NCBI RefSeq assembly: GCF_036321535.1
Contig: NC_087443.1
Coordinates: 28,644,001 to 28,708,000, forward strand
DNA: 64,000 nt
Source of the DNA: Camelus dromedarius
Lineage: Eukaryota
Reading direction: 5' to 3'
This document shows positions 12,135-23,554 of this stretch, piece after piece. Position 1 is the stretch's first letter, and the number at the start of each line of letters is the position of its first letter. The notes beneath the pieces are model-generated. The model saw only the letters and a list, made by a program, of their open reading frames with translations. It was not told the DNA's origin and searched no databases. A program made the position numbers and the translations under genes.

Positions 12135-12214
12135 TCAAATCAGGATGAAATCCCAGAGCAGCAGCGTAGTCAGGCGAAGTAAGAATTCAGCAGACAGAAC
12201 ATTTGAAAGTCCAG
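12135..12214 (+). repeat. Dispersed local duplication, copy B (80 bp; partner 9957-10036)
   Basis: Direct alignment with copy A, offset 2178 bp. Confidence 0.9.
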
Positions 12215-13074
12215 AATTCAACTCTGTATTCTGTTTCTTAACGACAGGCTGAAGAGGGGCTGTCTCCCTTCTTTCCCATGCACACATTCGTGAGATGCAT
12301 CACTCAGTGATATCCTAGCTCCTGCTCTTGGGCGCTGCTCCTGATATTTTTTTTTCACTGGTTAATAAACTCAAGTATCACTCTAGGGTGTTCTTTCAGA
12401 GAGCCAATTCTGTTTAGAAGAGAAAGAAATTTATTTAGACTGGACTATTATGGGATTATTTATGGATGGTGAAGGTGAGAAAGGGTAAAGTACCATCTAA
12501 AAAAATACAACAACCCTACAGAATTCGATTTTTGCCTAGTCAGGAAGCACAGAAAATTTCTGTAGATAGTAGGCATATTTAGTAATAAATATTTACATTT
12601 TATGTAATTATATGTATAAGTATTATATCTTGGATGATACAAAAAGGTAACTTTTCAAAATGTTCTGGTTGATACTATTTTTCTTGGACATCACAGCCAG
12701 CATCTCCACCAAACCCACTTCCCAATCCTCCAATCAGGGAGAGCGACACTGGCAGTAGGGATGTTGAGACATCATCTGTCCGCCTGGGAAGGGCCATGGG
12801 AAGAAGAGCTCAACCGAGGGTCCAGATGTCTCAAACAAATCCAAAATTCAGTCAGAGGGCCTAAGACTTTCATTCAATTGAAGCAATAAGGAAACCAATA
12901 ATCACAGATTAATTGTATACCAAGTGCTTTGTGTATGTTCTGTAGTGTTTTCAGATGGGACTTTAAAGTTAGGAGATGGGTTGAAATTTTAACGATGATC
13001 ATTTTTATCTGTGACTTGAGTAAGAGTGTAAAACACAGTATCTTCTACTATTTCATTATCATGGCTACTCTGCA

Positions 13075-13330
13075 ACTATTACTTTTACTACTACTATAAT
13101 GATTACCTTGTTGGATGTTACATAATTTAGCCTAAAACCTTAAGAAGTAGGTATTACTATACCCATTACACCAAGAAGAACAAAGAAGAAAGAAAAAAAA
13201 AAAGGAAACAAAGCAAAACTAAGAACTATTAGTTTGTCCAACATTGTCTAGCAAGGAGGTAGTGGGTCTAGAATTTGAATCTAAGTTTGTTTGACTCCAA
13301 AACCTATGTGCTAGTCCAATAAGCCATAAT
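13075..13330 (-). mobile_element. MIR SINE with A-rich internal expansion
   Basis: aagaagtaggtattactatacccatt...gtccaacattgtctagcaag...gaatttgaatctaagtttgtttgactccaaaacc. Confidence 0.65.
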
Positions 13331-13664
13331 ACCTATAGGGTGGATAAGAATGCAACTTCTTTAGAGCCAATGAAAAGAGAAGAAGAATGGGTGTCCAAGA
13401 TCCCAAACAGAAGGAAAAACTCTTAGTAGAGCAAGGAGGACCACAGGGAGCATGGATTTGGGACCATCTCAAACACCATCCAAAAAGACCACCCCAGTGC
13501 TGAAGGCTGCTCGTATGTCACACATTCTTGTTGGCTTAACCATAAATCTTGCCTTGATCCTCCCTGTGCAAGCAAACTTTTGCTTGTTACAGATTGCTGT
13601 TACACCTTTCAGTTACTGTGGAGAGGCATATCTCCAGTAGGGCCAAATTGTCCAAGACAGTTAC

Positions 13665-14405
13665 CATTTAAAATACAAGATATTTATCATATGATCCAGC
13701 AATCCCACTCCTGGGCATATATCAGGAGGAAGCCCTAATTTGAAAAGATGCACCCCAATGTTCACAGCAGCACTATTTACAATAGCCAAGACATGGAAGC
13801 AACCTAAATGTCCATCAACAGACAACTGGATAAAGAAGTTGTGGTGTGTGTGTCTATATATATATAGAGAGAGAGACACACACACACACACACAAAAACA
13901 TACGATAGAATACTACTCAGCCATAAAAAAGGAATAAATAATGTCATTTGCAGCTGTAACATGGATGGACCTAGAGGTTATCAGACTAAATTAAGTAAGT
14001 CAAAGACAAAGACAAATATCATATGGTATCACTTACATGTGGAATCCAAAATATGATACAAATGAACTTATTTATTAAACAGAAACAAACTCAGAGACAT
14101 AGAAAACAAACTTACGGTTACCATGGGGGGAGAGGAAAGGGAGGGATAAATTAGGAGTTTGGGATTTGCACATACTAACACTACACATAAAACAGAAAAA
14201 CAACAAAGTCTTACTGTTTAGCATAGGGAAATATATTCAATATTCTATAATAACCTATGATAAAGGATGTGGAAAAAAATATATATATATGTATGTATGT
14301 GTGTATGTATAACTGAATCCCTATGCTGTACACCAGAGACTAACACAACACTGCAGATCAACTACACTTCAATTTTAAAATAAATAAATAAATAAATAAA
14401 ATTTT
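13665..14405 (+). mobile_element. 5'-truncated L1 (cetartiodactyl/camelid type), ORF2 end + 3' UTR + (TAAA)n tail
   Basis: atgatccagcaatcccactcctgggcatat...[34 protein letters not shown] (ORF2 C-terminus) ...gctgtacaccagagactaacacaacactgcagatcaactacacttcaatt + taaa repeats. Confidence 0.95.
13845..13894. repeat. Compound microsatellite (TG)n(TA)n(GA)n(CA)n inside L1
   Basis: tgtgtgtgtctatatatatatagagagagagacacacacacacacacaca. Confidence 0.9.
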
Positions 14406-14749
14406 AAAATGTGGTCCTTTTATAAGGGCCTCTTCTATAAGTCACTGAAATATTCTGGAAATTCTGATTTTTAGGTTTCCAAAACACTCTTAAGCTGATT
14501 TTTCTACCTAAAAAGAGTTGAAATAAGTTTATTGGGCTTATTTTTAATTTGGAAAATACAGCTCATTGAACAGGACCCATCTCCAGTTCAGCTTGCTAGC
14601 ATCTGTTGCTGCTGATCTCCCAGACGGGTTGCATTGCTGCCGGCATCAGGACAAGGAATTCAGAGCTAGACACCCTGAAGGAGGGAAGAGCCACATCTAG
14701 AAGGCTCCTCAAGGGATCATCAGTAATACCAACAAGAAAGTACTCTGTA

Positions 14750-15010
14750 TTTATGTATCATTTGGTATCAGATTCTCAAAAACTCCTTGTGAGGTAGGCC
14801 AGGTGTCTTACAGATGAGAAGAGGAATACACAAAGGAAGGGTCAAGGATTTCATAGTAGTAGGCAGGTGTTTTACCTGAGATGGCTCATTTATTCTTCCC
14901 ACAGCACTGATGGGTAGAGGTGAGCTATTTTTTCTCATTTATAAGTGAGGAAATTTAAGATTAGAGATTTGAAGTAATTTGCCCAGAGTAATACAGTGAG
15001 CACATAGTCA
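14750..15010 (-). mobile_element. Two adjacent MIR fragments
   Basis: cttgtgaggtagg...ttacagatgagaag and ctcatttataagtgaggaaatttaagattagagatttgaagtaatttgcccagag. Confidence 0.65.
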
Positions 15011-15524
15011 CCTAAATCAAGGCTTCCAGGTCTTTTCCTGGGTCCACACTGGCTTTCCCTCTAGATCACAAAACTCCATGACCCCATTCCTGGCAACCCA
15101 CTTCCGGGAATGCAGGCCCTGAGCACTTAGCACGGAGAAGTAAAATGTCTGGGTGGGCCATGAAAGCCTCCATGTTTAGGAGTGTGCTTTAAAATCCGGA
15201 CCATACTACGAAGTTCCCATCCAAGAGGCTAGAGTGTTGTTTCAGCCTCAAGAGAGCCCTCCCCTACATCTGTAGGGTCAGTGAGGGAGCAAATCTGAGA
15301 ACAGATTCATACTACTTCCTTATCCAGCACAAACATCTCTCCCAGTCTCATATTCAGAGAGCATCCAGGCTTCCTTACTTGACCGCTGCCATCTTTCCCA
15401 AGCACAGAAAACTCAGACTTGAGCCTTCTTTTTTCTTGTGGAGATCAAACTCAAACACAGTTCCCTATTTAGGGCAAGTGAACTTCTGCAATCATAAATC
15501 AGTTTACCATTTTCTCAAATTCTT

Positions 15525-15665
15525 TCTACCATTTTATCTATCACTTTATCAAACTCTTCCTGTGTGCACAATGCTACACATCTATGGCTGTATTTTTTAA
15601 TCCTTACAATAATCCTATGAATTAGTTGTATTTTCTCATTTTATAGAAGTAAAAACTGCAGATCT
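15525..15665 (-). mobile_element. MIR fragment
   Basis: taatccttacaataatcctatgaattag...ctcattttatagaagtaaaaactgcaga. Confidence 0.65.
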
Positions 15666-16639
15666 GAGTTACCAGGGCCCTTTAACAGGAAATTGGCCAG
15701 GCTGCAAAACAAACGGCTCCTTCTGGGTCAATAGCATCACACTTAAGGCAGACTGGTATCCTTCAGAAGCAGAAGCTGGCTAATAGCCCTCACTGAGGTT
15801 TCAGCTGCACACGAGGTAGTTCTGAGCTTTTCAGGCACTTGTTCCATTTCTACTTGGGATGAAGGGTGAAGGGCATCCCCATGCCTTCAGCCCTTGGAGG
15901 AGTGGTTTGTGTTTATAGGACTAGCATCTGAAGTCACCCACCTTCCTCCTGCCCGACTGTCACTTGTCAAAGAGCCAGGAAATACACCTGATGTAACTGC
16001 CATGGAATCACCCAGGTACCAGGTGAAGGACAGAGCCTACCTATGTTCAACCTGAAGTGGAACGGAGAGGTGCTCTCTGGATGGTAGTCGTTATTACACT
16101 CAACCTTCCCTCCACCATTCAAATCTAGGATATGGCATTCTGCATATCCAAGAGGAAGGAAGGTGGGTGTAGAATGTAAGCCACGTAGCCTCAGCCAGAT
16201 GCTCACCCAGGTGGTCAGTGGAACCCAGCTGGGACCAACACAATCCATTAGGGACCAACTGCCAAACACCAGGCACCTAAACTCCCCCATATGCAAAGAC
16301 CCTTTGTTCTCTTGAAAATGTGTCTTTGTTGGTGAGGTTGCTATGGCTGTGGTCTTAGGAGAGAGGAAAATGCCAACATCTCCAGTTTTTAATATGGTAA
16401 ATGTCAGTGTTTATGCCTGCTCGGGCTGGCCTAATTATCCCATGTCCTCTAAAATCTTCCACTGTAATTACCACTCACTGCAGTGACACCTCCTGCTAAA
16501 GGGAGCGCCGTCAGCTGCAGGAGCTCAAAGCCAGAGCACACTCAGCAAACTGCCAGCGACACCAGCAGCTGTTTCTGGTTTCGAAGCCGTGGGAGCTTCA
16601 TGAGCCATTTTCTCCGGTCCCTCTGGAGTAAATGCCACC

Positions 16640-16771
16640 ATGGTTGAAAAGTTGGAAATGTTTGTCAGGCCCAGGAACAAAGCTGTGAATGAATACTACA
16701 GTAATTTGCTTTCCCACAATCCCCTCTTTTCTCTAAACCAGCCAGGGAAGCAAGTGATGGGGCTAGAGTGA
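16640..16771 (+). CDS. Candidate 43-aa small ORF with perfect Kozak context (MVEKLEMFVRPRNKAVNEYYSNLLSHNPLFSLNQPGKQVMGLE*)
   Basis: GCCACCATGG at 16634-16643, TGA at 16769-16771; no homolog recognised; may be non-coding. Confidence 0.12.
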   Translation: MVEKLEMFVRPRNKAVNEYYSNLLSHNPLFSLNQPGKQVMGLE

Positions 16772-17379
16772 AAAAAAAAAAAAAGACTATTAACACCAGT
16801 GGTATCTGGTATGTCGTTGCTATTATGGGTATAATAGCCTTTGTGTTATCTACGTATGTACTGTAATGCACAGAGAACTACTTGAAGAGTTGAGACAGCT
16901 CAAGAGAATAGCTTTTAAGCAAAATGCTATGCTAAAGAGACTGATCATCCTTCTTAAAAAAAAAATGCCCATTAGCACACACAGGCAGTACTGAATTGCG
17001 TTTGCAGTGTAGAGGGAACAGTCTGGCCTGCCTTCTATGCTTGCAACCATAAAGAAGGAGGAGGGGAAGAAGAAGAAAGAGAAGGGGGAAAAAAATCAAT
17101 AAATTCAGTGTAAGCAAAGTCACAGCAACCTTTAAATAATAAGACAAATCCATTTATTTCACAAATGTCTTCATTTCCAAATGCCATTGTTTGGGGGCAC
17201 TGGGCTGTCATTGTCTATGACATTTTCGAAAAGTTGGCTCTTAATCATTTAGGTGGAGCTGGAGTTCTCCAGCAACAGCCAAGTTAAAAGATTATACATT
17301 CACCCCACTGCTCTGGCAGGGAAGATCGACTTTAACAGCCTTGTCCTGTGGGGTGAAGGAGGGAGGCTGGCTGTGGGGG

Positions 17380-17719
17380 NNNNNNNNNNNNNNNNNNNNN
17401 NNNNNNNNNNNNNNNNNNNNNNNNNNNNNNNNNNNNNNNNNNNNNNNNNNNNNNNNNNNNNNNNNNNNNNNNNNNNNNNNNNNNNNNNNNNNNNNNNNNN
17501 NNNNNNNNNNNNNNNNNNNNNNNNNNNNNNNNNNNNNNNNNNNNNNNNNNNNNNNNNNNNNNNNNNNNNNNNNNNNNNNNNNNNNNNNNNNNNNNNNNNN
17601 NNNNNNNNNNNNNNNNNNNNNNNNNNNNNNNNNNNNNNNNNNNNNNNNNNNNNNNNNNNNNNNNNNNNNNNNNNNNNNNNNNNNNNNNNNNNNNNNNNNN
17701 NNNNNNNNNNNNNNNNNNN
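17380..17719. other. N run (340 nt)
   Basis: Ns in sequence. Confidence 0.99.
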
Positions 17720-17803
17720 CTTTCGAGAAATAAGCTCTCCTTCTTTCCCCTTTTTCCTGAGCCAGACAGAACGGATATCTCAAGGTGCAGATCGCAGCTA
17801 AAA

Positions 17804-17951
17804 NNNNNNNNNNNNNNNNNNNNNNNNNNNNNNNNNNNNNNNNNNNNNNNNNNNNNNNNNNNNNNNNNNNNNNNNNNNNNNNNNNNNNNNNNNNNNNNNN
17901 NNNNNNNNNNNNNNNNNNNNNNNNNNNNNNNNNNNNNNNNNNNNNNNNNNN
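17804..17951. other. N run (148 nt)
   Basis: Ns in sequence. Confidence 0.99.
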
Positions 17952-19904
17952 GAGCCGAGCCAACTGAATTAGCTAAGCTCTTCTTCACTGCGTTCAACTC
18001 AGGTGATGATATGGAGACTGGGGAAATGCCTTCTGTGCTTTGTACAGCAGCTGTAGAGGTCATCTGAGGGGGATACTCAAAAGCAAGGTGGATGGTTTCC
18101 CTGGCCACCTCTTATCCAAAAGCCCTCTTGTGATTTAGTGGTGTAAATTGTTATTGTGTTTAAAGTTGATTCTGCAAAGTTTTAGGAAACCAGTTTGGAG
18201 GCATGACATATACTCCATCAGGCATTGCTCTGAAAAGCAGTTACTCTGGTGTGTGGTACACACGGAGGGGGCACAAGAAATTATATGCCTCCCTTGTTTT
18301 AGGAGCGTGTATGCTAATTTGGAAGACAAGATATGCACAGGAATGGGCATGAAGAGTCTTTTCTCAAAGCAGAAGGTAAACACATGAAAGTCATATATTT
18401 ACAAGAAGGATGGAAAGCCTTACAAAATGCAACTCTCCTTTGGAAATATCACCTAGTTTATTCTCTGCCACGGGGATTTTTGCTCTATTTTGTGCTGTCC
18501 AAAATAAGTGGGCAAAATGAATTCTCTTTTTCAAAGATACAGGTGCTTCAGAAAAGAAAGGCTCATCTGTGGCTTTGCTACCCAGCTGGGAGGAGAGGTA
18601 TGAGTCTAGAATTCACGGCCCTCTACTCGGGCCTTGGGCAAGACGCAAGCTTTCAAAAGCCTAATCTGCAACATGAGCTGAATAAACCCCCATCTGCCTC
18701 CCAGACAAAGCTTGGTAGGAATACATTTAGAAAAGTTATGAAAACACTGAATGAAGAAGAACTCTGTCATACAGCTGCAAAGTACAGTGATGAGAACAAG
18801 GATGAAATATGAGCTTTGGAGCAGGGAAGGCATCGGATACAGCTTGCTTCAAGAAAGATCTTAGAAGGCCTTTGAGACTGTGGGATTCCTAGGACAGTTT
18901 TAGGGACTTTGGGATCCTTCACATAATTTGCTATTGTCTTTATTTACAGCTGAAAGTCCTGTTTATGGAAGCTAACTTGACCAAGGGGAGGATGGTGGTG
19001 GATTTGGGACACTGGAATATTCCCCAGAATATCCTCCCTTGCACAGATCCAAGCTAATGTGGGCCACACAAGACATGTTGTACGAGGTTCAGAAGAGGGC
19101 AGTGGAGGCGCGGCCCTTTAGTCCTGTGAGGTCAGGGGAGGCAGCTCATGCACTGTCACTTATCCATCAGCTCATCGGAGTGGCCTGGGACAGAAGTCAG
19201 GCTCACAGCTTCTCAAGCTTCTGCTGGGTCTTCCGCTGCAGCTTTGCTAATGCCTGGAACAGGTGACAGCTTGACAAATGGGGCCAGCTTCTACCGCCCA
19301 CCCCCTCATCAGAGCGGGAGGCCCATAGGACATGAGAGACCAACATGGGTTCCAGAGCACCCTCCTGAGTTCCAACTCTGCCTTGTTGTTTCCAGCTGTC
19401 CTGACTGCCCCACATCACATCTGTCTTTCTTTCCCGCCTGTCTGCTACGGACTTTGGGCTAAGCACTAGTATGACAGATAAACTAGCATAATTTATGTAT
19501 ATAAATATATATACATATATCCCCTCAGAATCAGTCATTGTCCAGCTGATGCAAGAACCAAGACTCCTAGTGGAGAAACAGTCCAGTAAAAGGAGAGTAA
19601 ACCATGTGGGAGAGGAAACTGGCTACCGTGTCCACAAAGACATGGACATCAGCGTGCCTCATGAGATTTGATTTTCGTGGTAGTGTAAGGCAAACGAGAG
19701 AAGAAAAACTATGCAAAACATGAGCTTTGTATTTATAACTCTCAATACCTAGACAACTCTGAACAGTTGAACTACAGAACAGCAAACACTTCTGTAGCTA
19801 GAAAAAGGGGTTGGTTTCCATGGAAAGGGTTGACAACTCTATTAAGTGTAAGTTACGGATCCAGTGCATAGCCCAGTGAAACGTGACCTTCAAAGGAGTA
19901 TAAA

Positions 19905-20015
19905 TAGGGTGACCAACTGAGGGATTGTTCAGGACTGAGGGATTTCATGGGTTACTGTACCTTTTGTGCTAACACCAAGACAGTTCCAGGCAAACCAGGA
20001 TGCTCGGTGACCCTA
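19905..20015. mobile_element. hAT MITE (MER81-like)
   Basis: TIRs tagggtgacc...ggtgacccta; 8-bp TSD agtataaa / agtataag. Confidence 0.8.
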
Positions 20016-20289
20016 AGTATAAGACTACTTTCTTGCCCTAAGAGTTAGCCAGCCTAGCATTATAACGCTTTTAGTCATTCTGAGAACTTACGATAGCTCT
20101 TAACAAACAATAAACACTAAATATATCATTACTAATAATCAGCAAATAATATCATCAGAAAAGGCAACACATGAATATATAAATATACAAGAAAAACTCC
20201 TTACGTGATACTGTAATAAGCATTAAGTGAGGATGAAGCATGTGCCAGCAGTCTGTGGGGAGACACTACCTGGGAGCAAGAGCTGCTCG

Positions 20290-20690
20290 CATTCATTCAT
20301 TCAGTGGAGTGCCTGCTCTGAGGCAGCACAGGGATAAACGCCGTCTTTCATCTGGTGAACAAGGTAGACTCAGTTCCTACCTTCACAGGGCTTTCAGTCT
20401 ATAGGAGAGTCAGACATTAAACAAAACACAAGTGACGGAATGAGCGATATGAGAGAAAATGATTGCGTTCCCCCAGAAGAAATTTGGGAGGAGACCTAAT
20501 ACAGATTGAGTAATCAGAGACCCAAAAGAAGTGTCACTGAGGATAAGTGATGAAGGACAAGAAGGAACCAGCCGGACAAAAAGTAGGAGAAAATGCAGCC
20601 CACACAGGGGAAGAACAGGGCTCGGAGATTGTATCTTGGAAGAAGTGGGATTGGAATGGATCTTGAAGAATGGGCCCTTCTACTTCTCTG
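20290..20690 (-). mobile_element. L2 LINE 3' fragment
   Basis: cattcattcattcag...gtgaacaaggtagactcagttcctaccttcacagggctttcagtcta. Confidence 0.7.
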
Positions 20691-20770
20691 CTGACCTTGG
20701 GAAAGTTCTTTTCATCACCAGACCTCAATTTCCTCTCCCATGAAATGAAGAGTTTCAACTAAATGATCCC
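20690..20770 (+). mobile_element. MIR core fragment
   Basis: tgaccttgggaaagttctt...cctcaatttcctctcccatgaaatg. Confidence 0.6.
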
Positions 20771-21878
20771 TACAGAGGAATCATACTGATGGGGTAGAAT
20801 ATGCCCAAGAAGATGAACACAGAACAATCAAAAACCATTTGCCATTTACCATGGCCACCCACAAACATCCCACAAGAATCGGAGGAAAAGTGTGGGTTCC
20901 CACAGTTGCTATGGGCACTGGCCATTAATTGAATGGACTAAGATGTGAAGACTTGGATAGATGATGGGGTGTCAATTAGACCTGCCCAGAAGCAGGTCTG
21001 ATGCATGTGTTGGCATTTTGGGGAGAAATTTGCTTATTTTCAGTGAATTATTTCAGTGGGTCAGAGAAAAGGAGTTTCCCTTTTGTGAAGTCCCATCCCC
21101 ACAAAGAGAAAGGGGATAACTGAATAGCTAAACTGTGGACATTTTACACCATATGTATATATATTCTTTTTTTTTTTTCTCCTGGTAGACTCCTTAGAAA
21201 AACCTATATAAATTTAACAGGAAGCTTTAAAAATTGGCTCCTTTAAACCACTCTCTGCCTATAAGTTGTGTGCTGCTGAGGGCAGCTTTCTTACGCCATT
21301 CTTTTCCCTGAGTGTGCAGAGCTGCTAAAATCGGTGAATGGGGGAAGGTTTTTATGCAAGTCCCCACCCCATGCCTAGGCAGCCCAGGGTTCATTTCTGT
21401 GATTCACCCTCAAAACTGCCAGGAAAGGAACAAATGAGGACCTCTCTGAGTGCCTCCTTCTAAACCACTGAGCCCCAGGAAGGCAGAAGAATTCCCCTGT
21501 ATCTCTGACTCACAGCACAGAACCCAGGCCAAAGAGGGAACTCCAGAACTGTCAGTCGAAGGGACAAATTAACTTCTAGCCAAGATCTGGTGTGATCTGA
21601 TCTGGCTAATGTGGAAACTGAGGGATGGCAAGGAGACTGAGGAAACATTTAGGGAAAGAGTAGCATCCTGACACTTAGCAAGAAAAACAGACTCTCATAT
21701 TAAGCTGTAGGGAAGGGCTGCCTTTAGCAAGGGGACCTTGACCTGATGACTATTCTCTAATCTGAGCTCTGCAGGTAAACACTTCCCTCCTAGTTGGAAA
21801 AATGTCCTTAAAAAAAAAATAAAGTGAACTCGGTAAGTGAACTTGGAAAATGGTCTTTCAAATGTGTAGCTTAGACTT

Positions 21879-21953
21879 TTTTTTAATTGAAGTATACTTG
21901 GTTTACAATGTTGTGTTAGTTTCTGGTATATAGCATAGTGATTCAGTTATATA

Positions 21954-21992
<39 letters not shown>

Positions 21993-22540
21993 TCCTTTTC
22001 ATATTCTTTTTCATTATATGGAACCTAATTAAACTTAAAAGCTTTTGCACAGCAAAGGAAACTATAAACAAAACAAAAAGACAACCTGTAGAATGGGAGA
22101 AAATATTTGCAAATGGTGTGACTGACAAGGGTTTAATTTCCAAAGTATACAAACAGTTCATACAAGTCAACAACAAAAATACAAACAACACAATCAAAAA
22201 ATGGGCAGAAGGCCTAAACAAACATCTCTCCAGTGAAGACATACAAATCGCCAATTGGCATATGAAAAAAAAAATGCTCAGTATCACTAATTATCAGAGA
22301 AATGCAAATCAAAATTACCATTAGGTATCACCTTACACCAGTCAAAATGGTCATCATTAAAAAGTCCACAAACGATAAAAGCTGGAGAGGGCGTGGAGAA
22401 AAGGGAACCTTCCTACACTGTTGGTGGAAATGTAGTTTGATGCAGCCATTATGGAAAACCTTATGGTATGGAGATTCCTTAAAAAACAAAAAATAGACCT
22501 ACCCTATGATCCAACAATCCCACTCTTGGGCATATATCCA
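21879..22540 (-). mobile_element. L1 with 5' inversion (twin priming); 3' end on minus strand 21879-~22017, ORF2 segment on plus strand ~22018-22540
   Basis: Perfect 15-bp TSD gtgtagcttagactt at 21864-21878 and 22541-22555; reversed L1 terminus abuts forward ORF2 sequence ([32 protein letters not shown]). Confidence 0.93.
21959..21990. repeat. (GT)16 microsatellite within L1 3' UTR
   Basis: Direct reading. Confidence 0.95.
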
Positions 22541-22699
22541 GTGTAGCTTAGACTTCTGAATAAACATGACAAAGGATGGCTTAAACTTAGCCCCAGTGAA
22601 GACAAAAATCATCTAGCAATTGCAATAAAGTATATATAGTATCTTATAGTTAATAAACAGATCACAGACTCCAAAGTCCTCTTACAGATACTGTCCTAT

Positions 22700-22810
22700 T
22701 TAAAATGACACACCTACCACTGAGCTCCAACATGGGCGGGGACCGGGCATCTTTTGCCTATCACTATATTCTCCTCAGTTCAATAAATATTTGTTAATAT
22801 TTGAATAAAT
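22700..22810 (+). mobile_element. L2 3' end fragment
   Basis: tgagctccaacatgggcggggacc...ctcagttcaataaatatttgtt...tgaataaat. Confidence 0.55.
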
Positions 22811-23414
22811 CAATGATAGCAAATAGGATGCTAAGGCTGAGAAAGGCCGTATCACTTTTCCAATGGCAAATAGTTCATGATGGGCAGAGTAGTTACCTTT
22901 CAGCACAAATACCTCAAAATGTTTGACAGGTGTGCTCATAACTCAGCCTCTTGGCATGCCCACATGGCAGGTAGATTCACCTGCAGCTTCACTGATACAG
23001 GTAGTGCTCAAGTTGAAGAACTGAAAAAGTTTTAGATCATAAGGAAAAATACAGAAAAACAGCAACAGCAACTCAATGTAGATTGTTTTTCAGAAATTAG
23101 CTCACCCCCCACCCCCCAATCAGCCCTCATTATAGCTTTGTTCTAGACTACGGCTTATCATCTTGCATGAAGTGGTATTTTACAGTCAATGAATTTTTTT
23201 TTTTAAGTTCACTAAAAATGCTTAAGTCATATTTCTTTCTTAAACCCCTCTGAATTTTCTGTCCAAGTCTCCTTTGACCAAAACGTAGGAACATGCAGAT
23301 GATATGCATATGTCTTTCATCTTTCAGAATAATATTATTCAGCACTCTATTCACAACTTCTGAAAACGATCCCCTAGGTGCTTCTGAAATGCCTTTGCAA
23401 AGGAAATCCTGTAC

Positions 23415-23554
23415 CTGACTGTCCGCCAGTCTTTGGGACGGCAGGGTTAGGGGAACGTTTACATCCAGCCCAGATCCGAAAGGCTACAAGCACTGACGCC
23501 AGGGAAAGCTCTGTATTCGGTGGTGCTTTCTCTGTGTAATTTCTGAATTTAAGG
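23415..23554 (-). other. Candidate 140-nt exon
   Basis: Acceptor catctttctcttctttctaactgcag| and donor CAG|gtacag on the minus strand; one frame open. Confidence 0.2.

Larger units (their letters stand above)
16400..18400. promoter_or_regulatory. Candidate promoter / 5' exon region of an unidentified gene
   Basis: No recognisable interspersed repeat from ~15.7 to 19.9 kb; local CpG retention; E-boxes at 16512, 16566 and 18048; 45-nt pure purine tract 17051-17095; two gaps; + strand donor AAG|gtaaac at 18375/6. Confidence 0.35.

Noticed and set aside
16492-16509. CTCF-like motif cctgctaaagggagcgcc
   Set aside because: It lacks the core AG and has several mismatches to the consensus.
17253-18108. 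Long ORFs of 182-258 aa, and similar ones at 8115-9101
   Set aside because: Their length is an artefact of reading through N runs.
16400-18400. Assigning a gene symbol to the promoter-like block
   Set aside because: The architecture fits several large neural genes, but I recognise no sequence-level match, so no symbol is given.
18333-18812. 159-aa ORF, the longest N-free ORF, next to the promoter-like block
   Set aside because: No recognisable domain or homolog. A rough estimate gives about one ORF of this length by chance in six frames of 64 kb. A donor at 18375 suggests most of it would be intron.
21938-22496. ORFs resembling reverse-transcriptase protein; likewise 13740, 40191-41794 and 54815
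   Set aside because: These are frameshifted L1 ORF2 fragments, not host genes.
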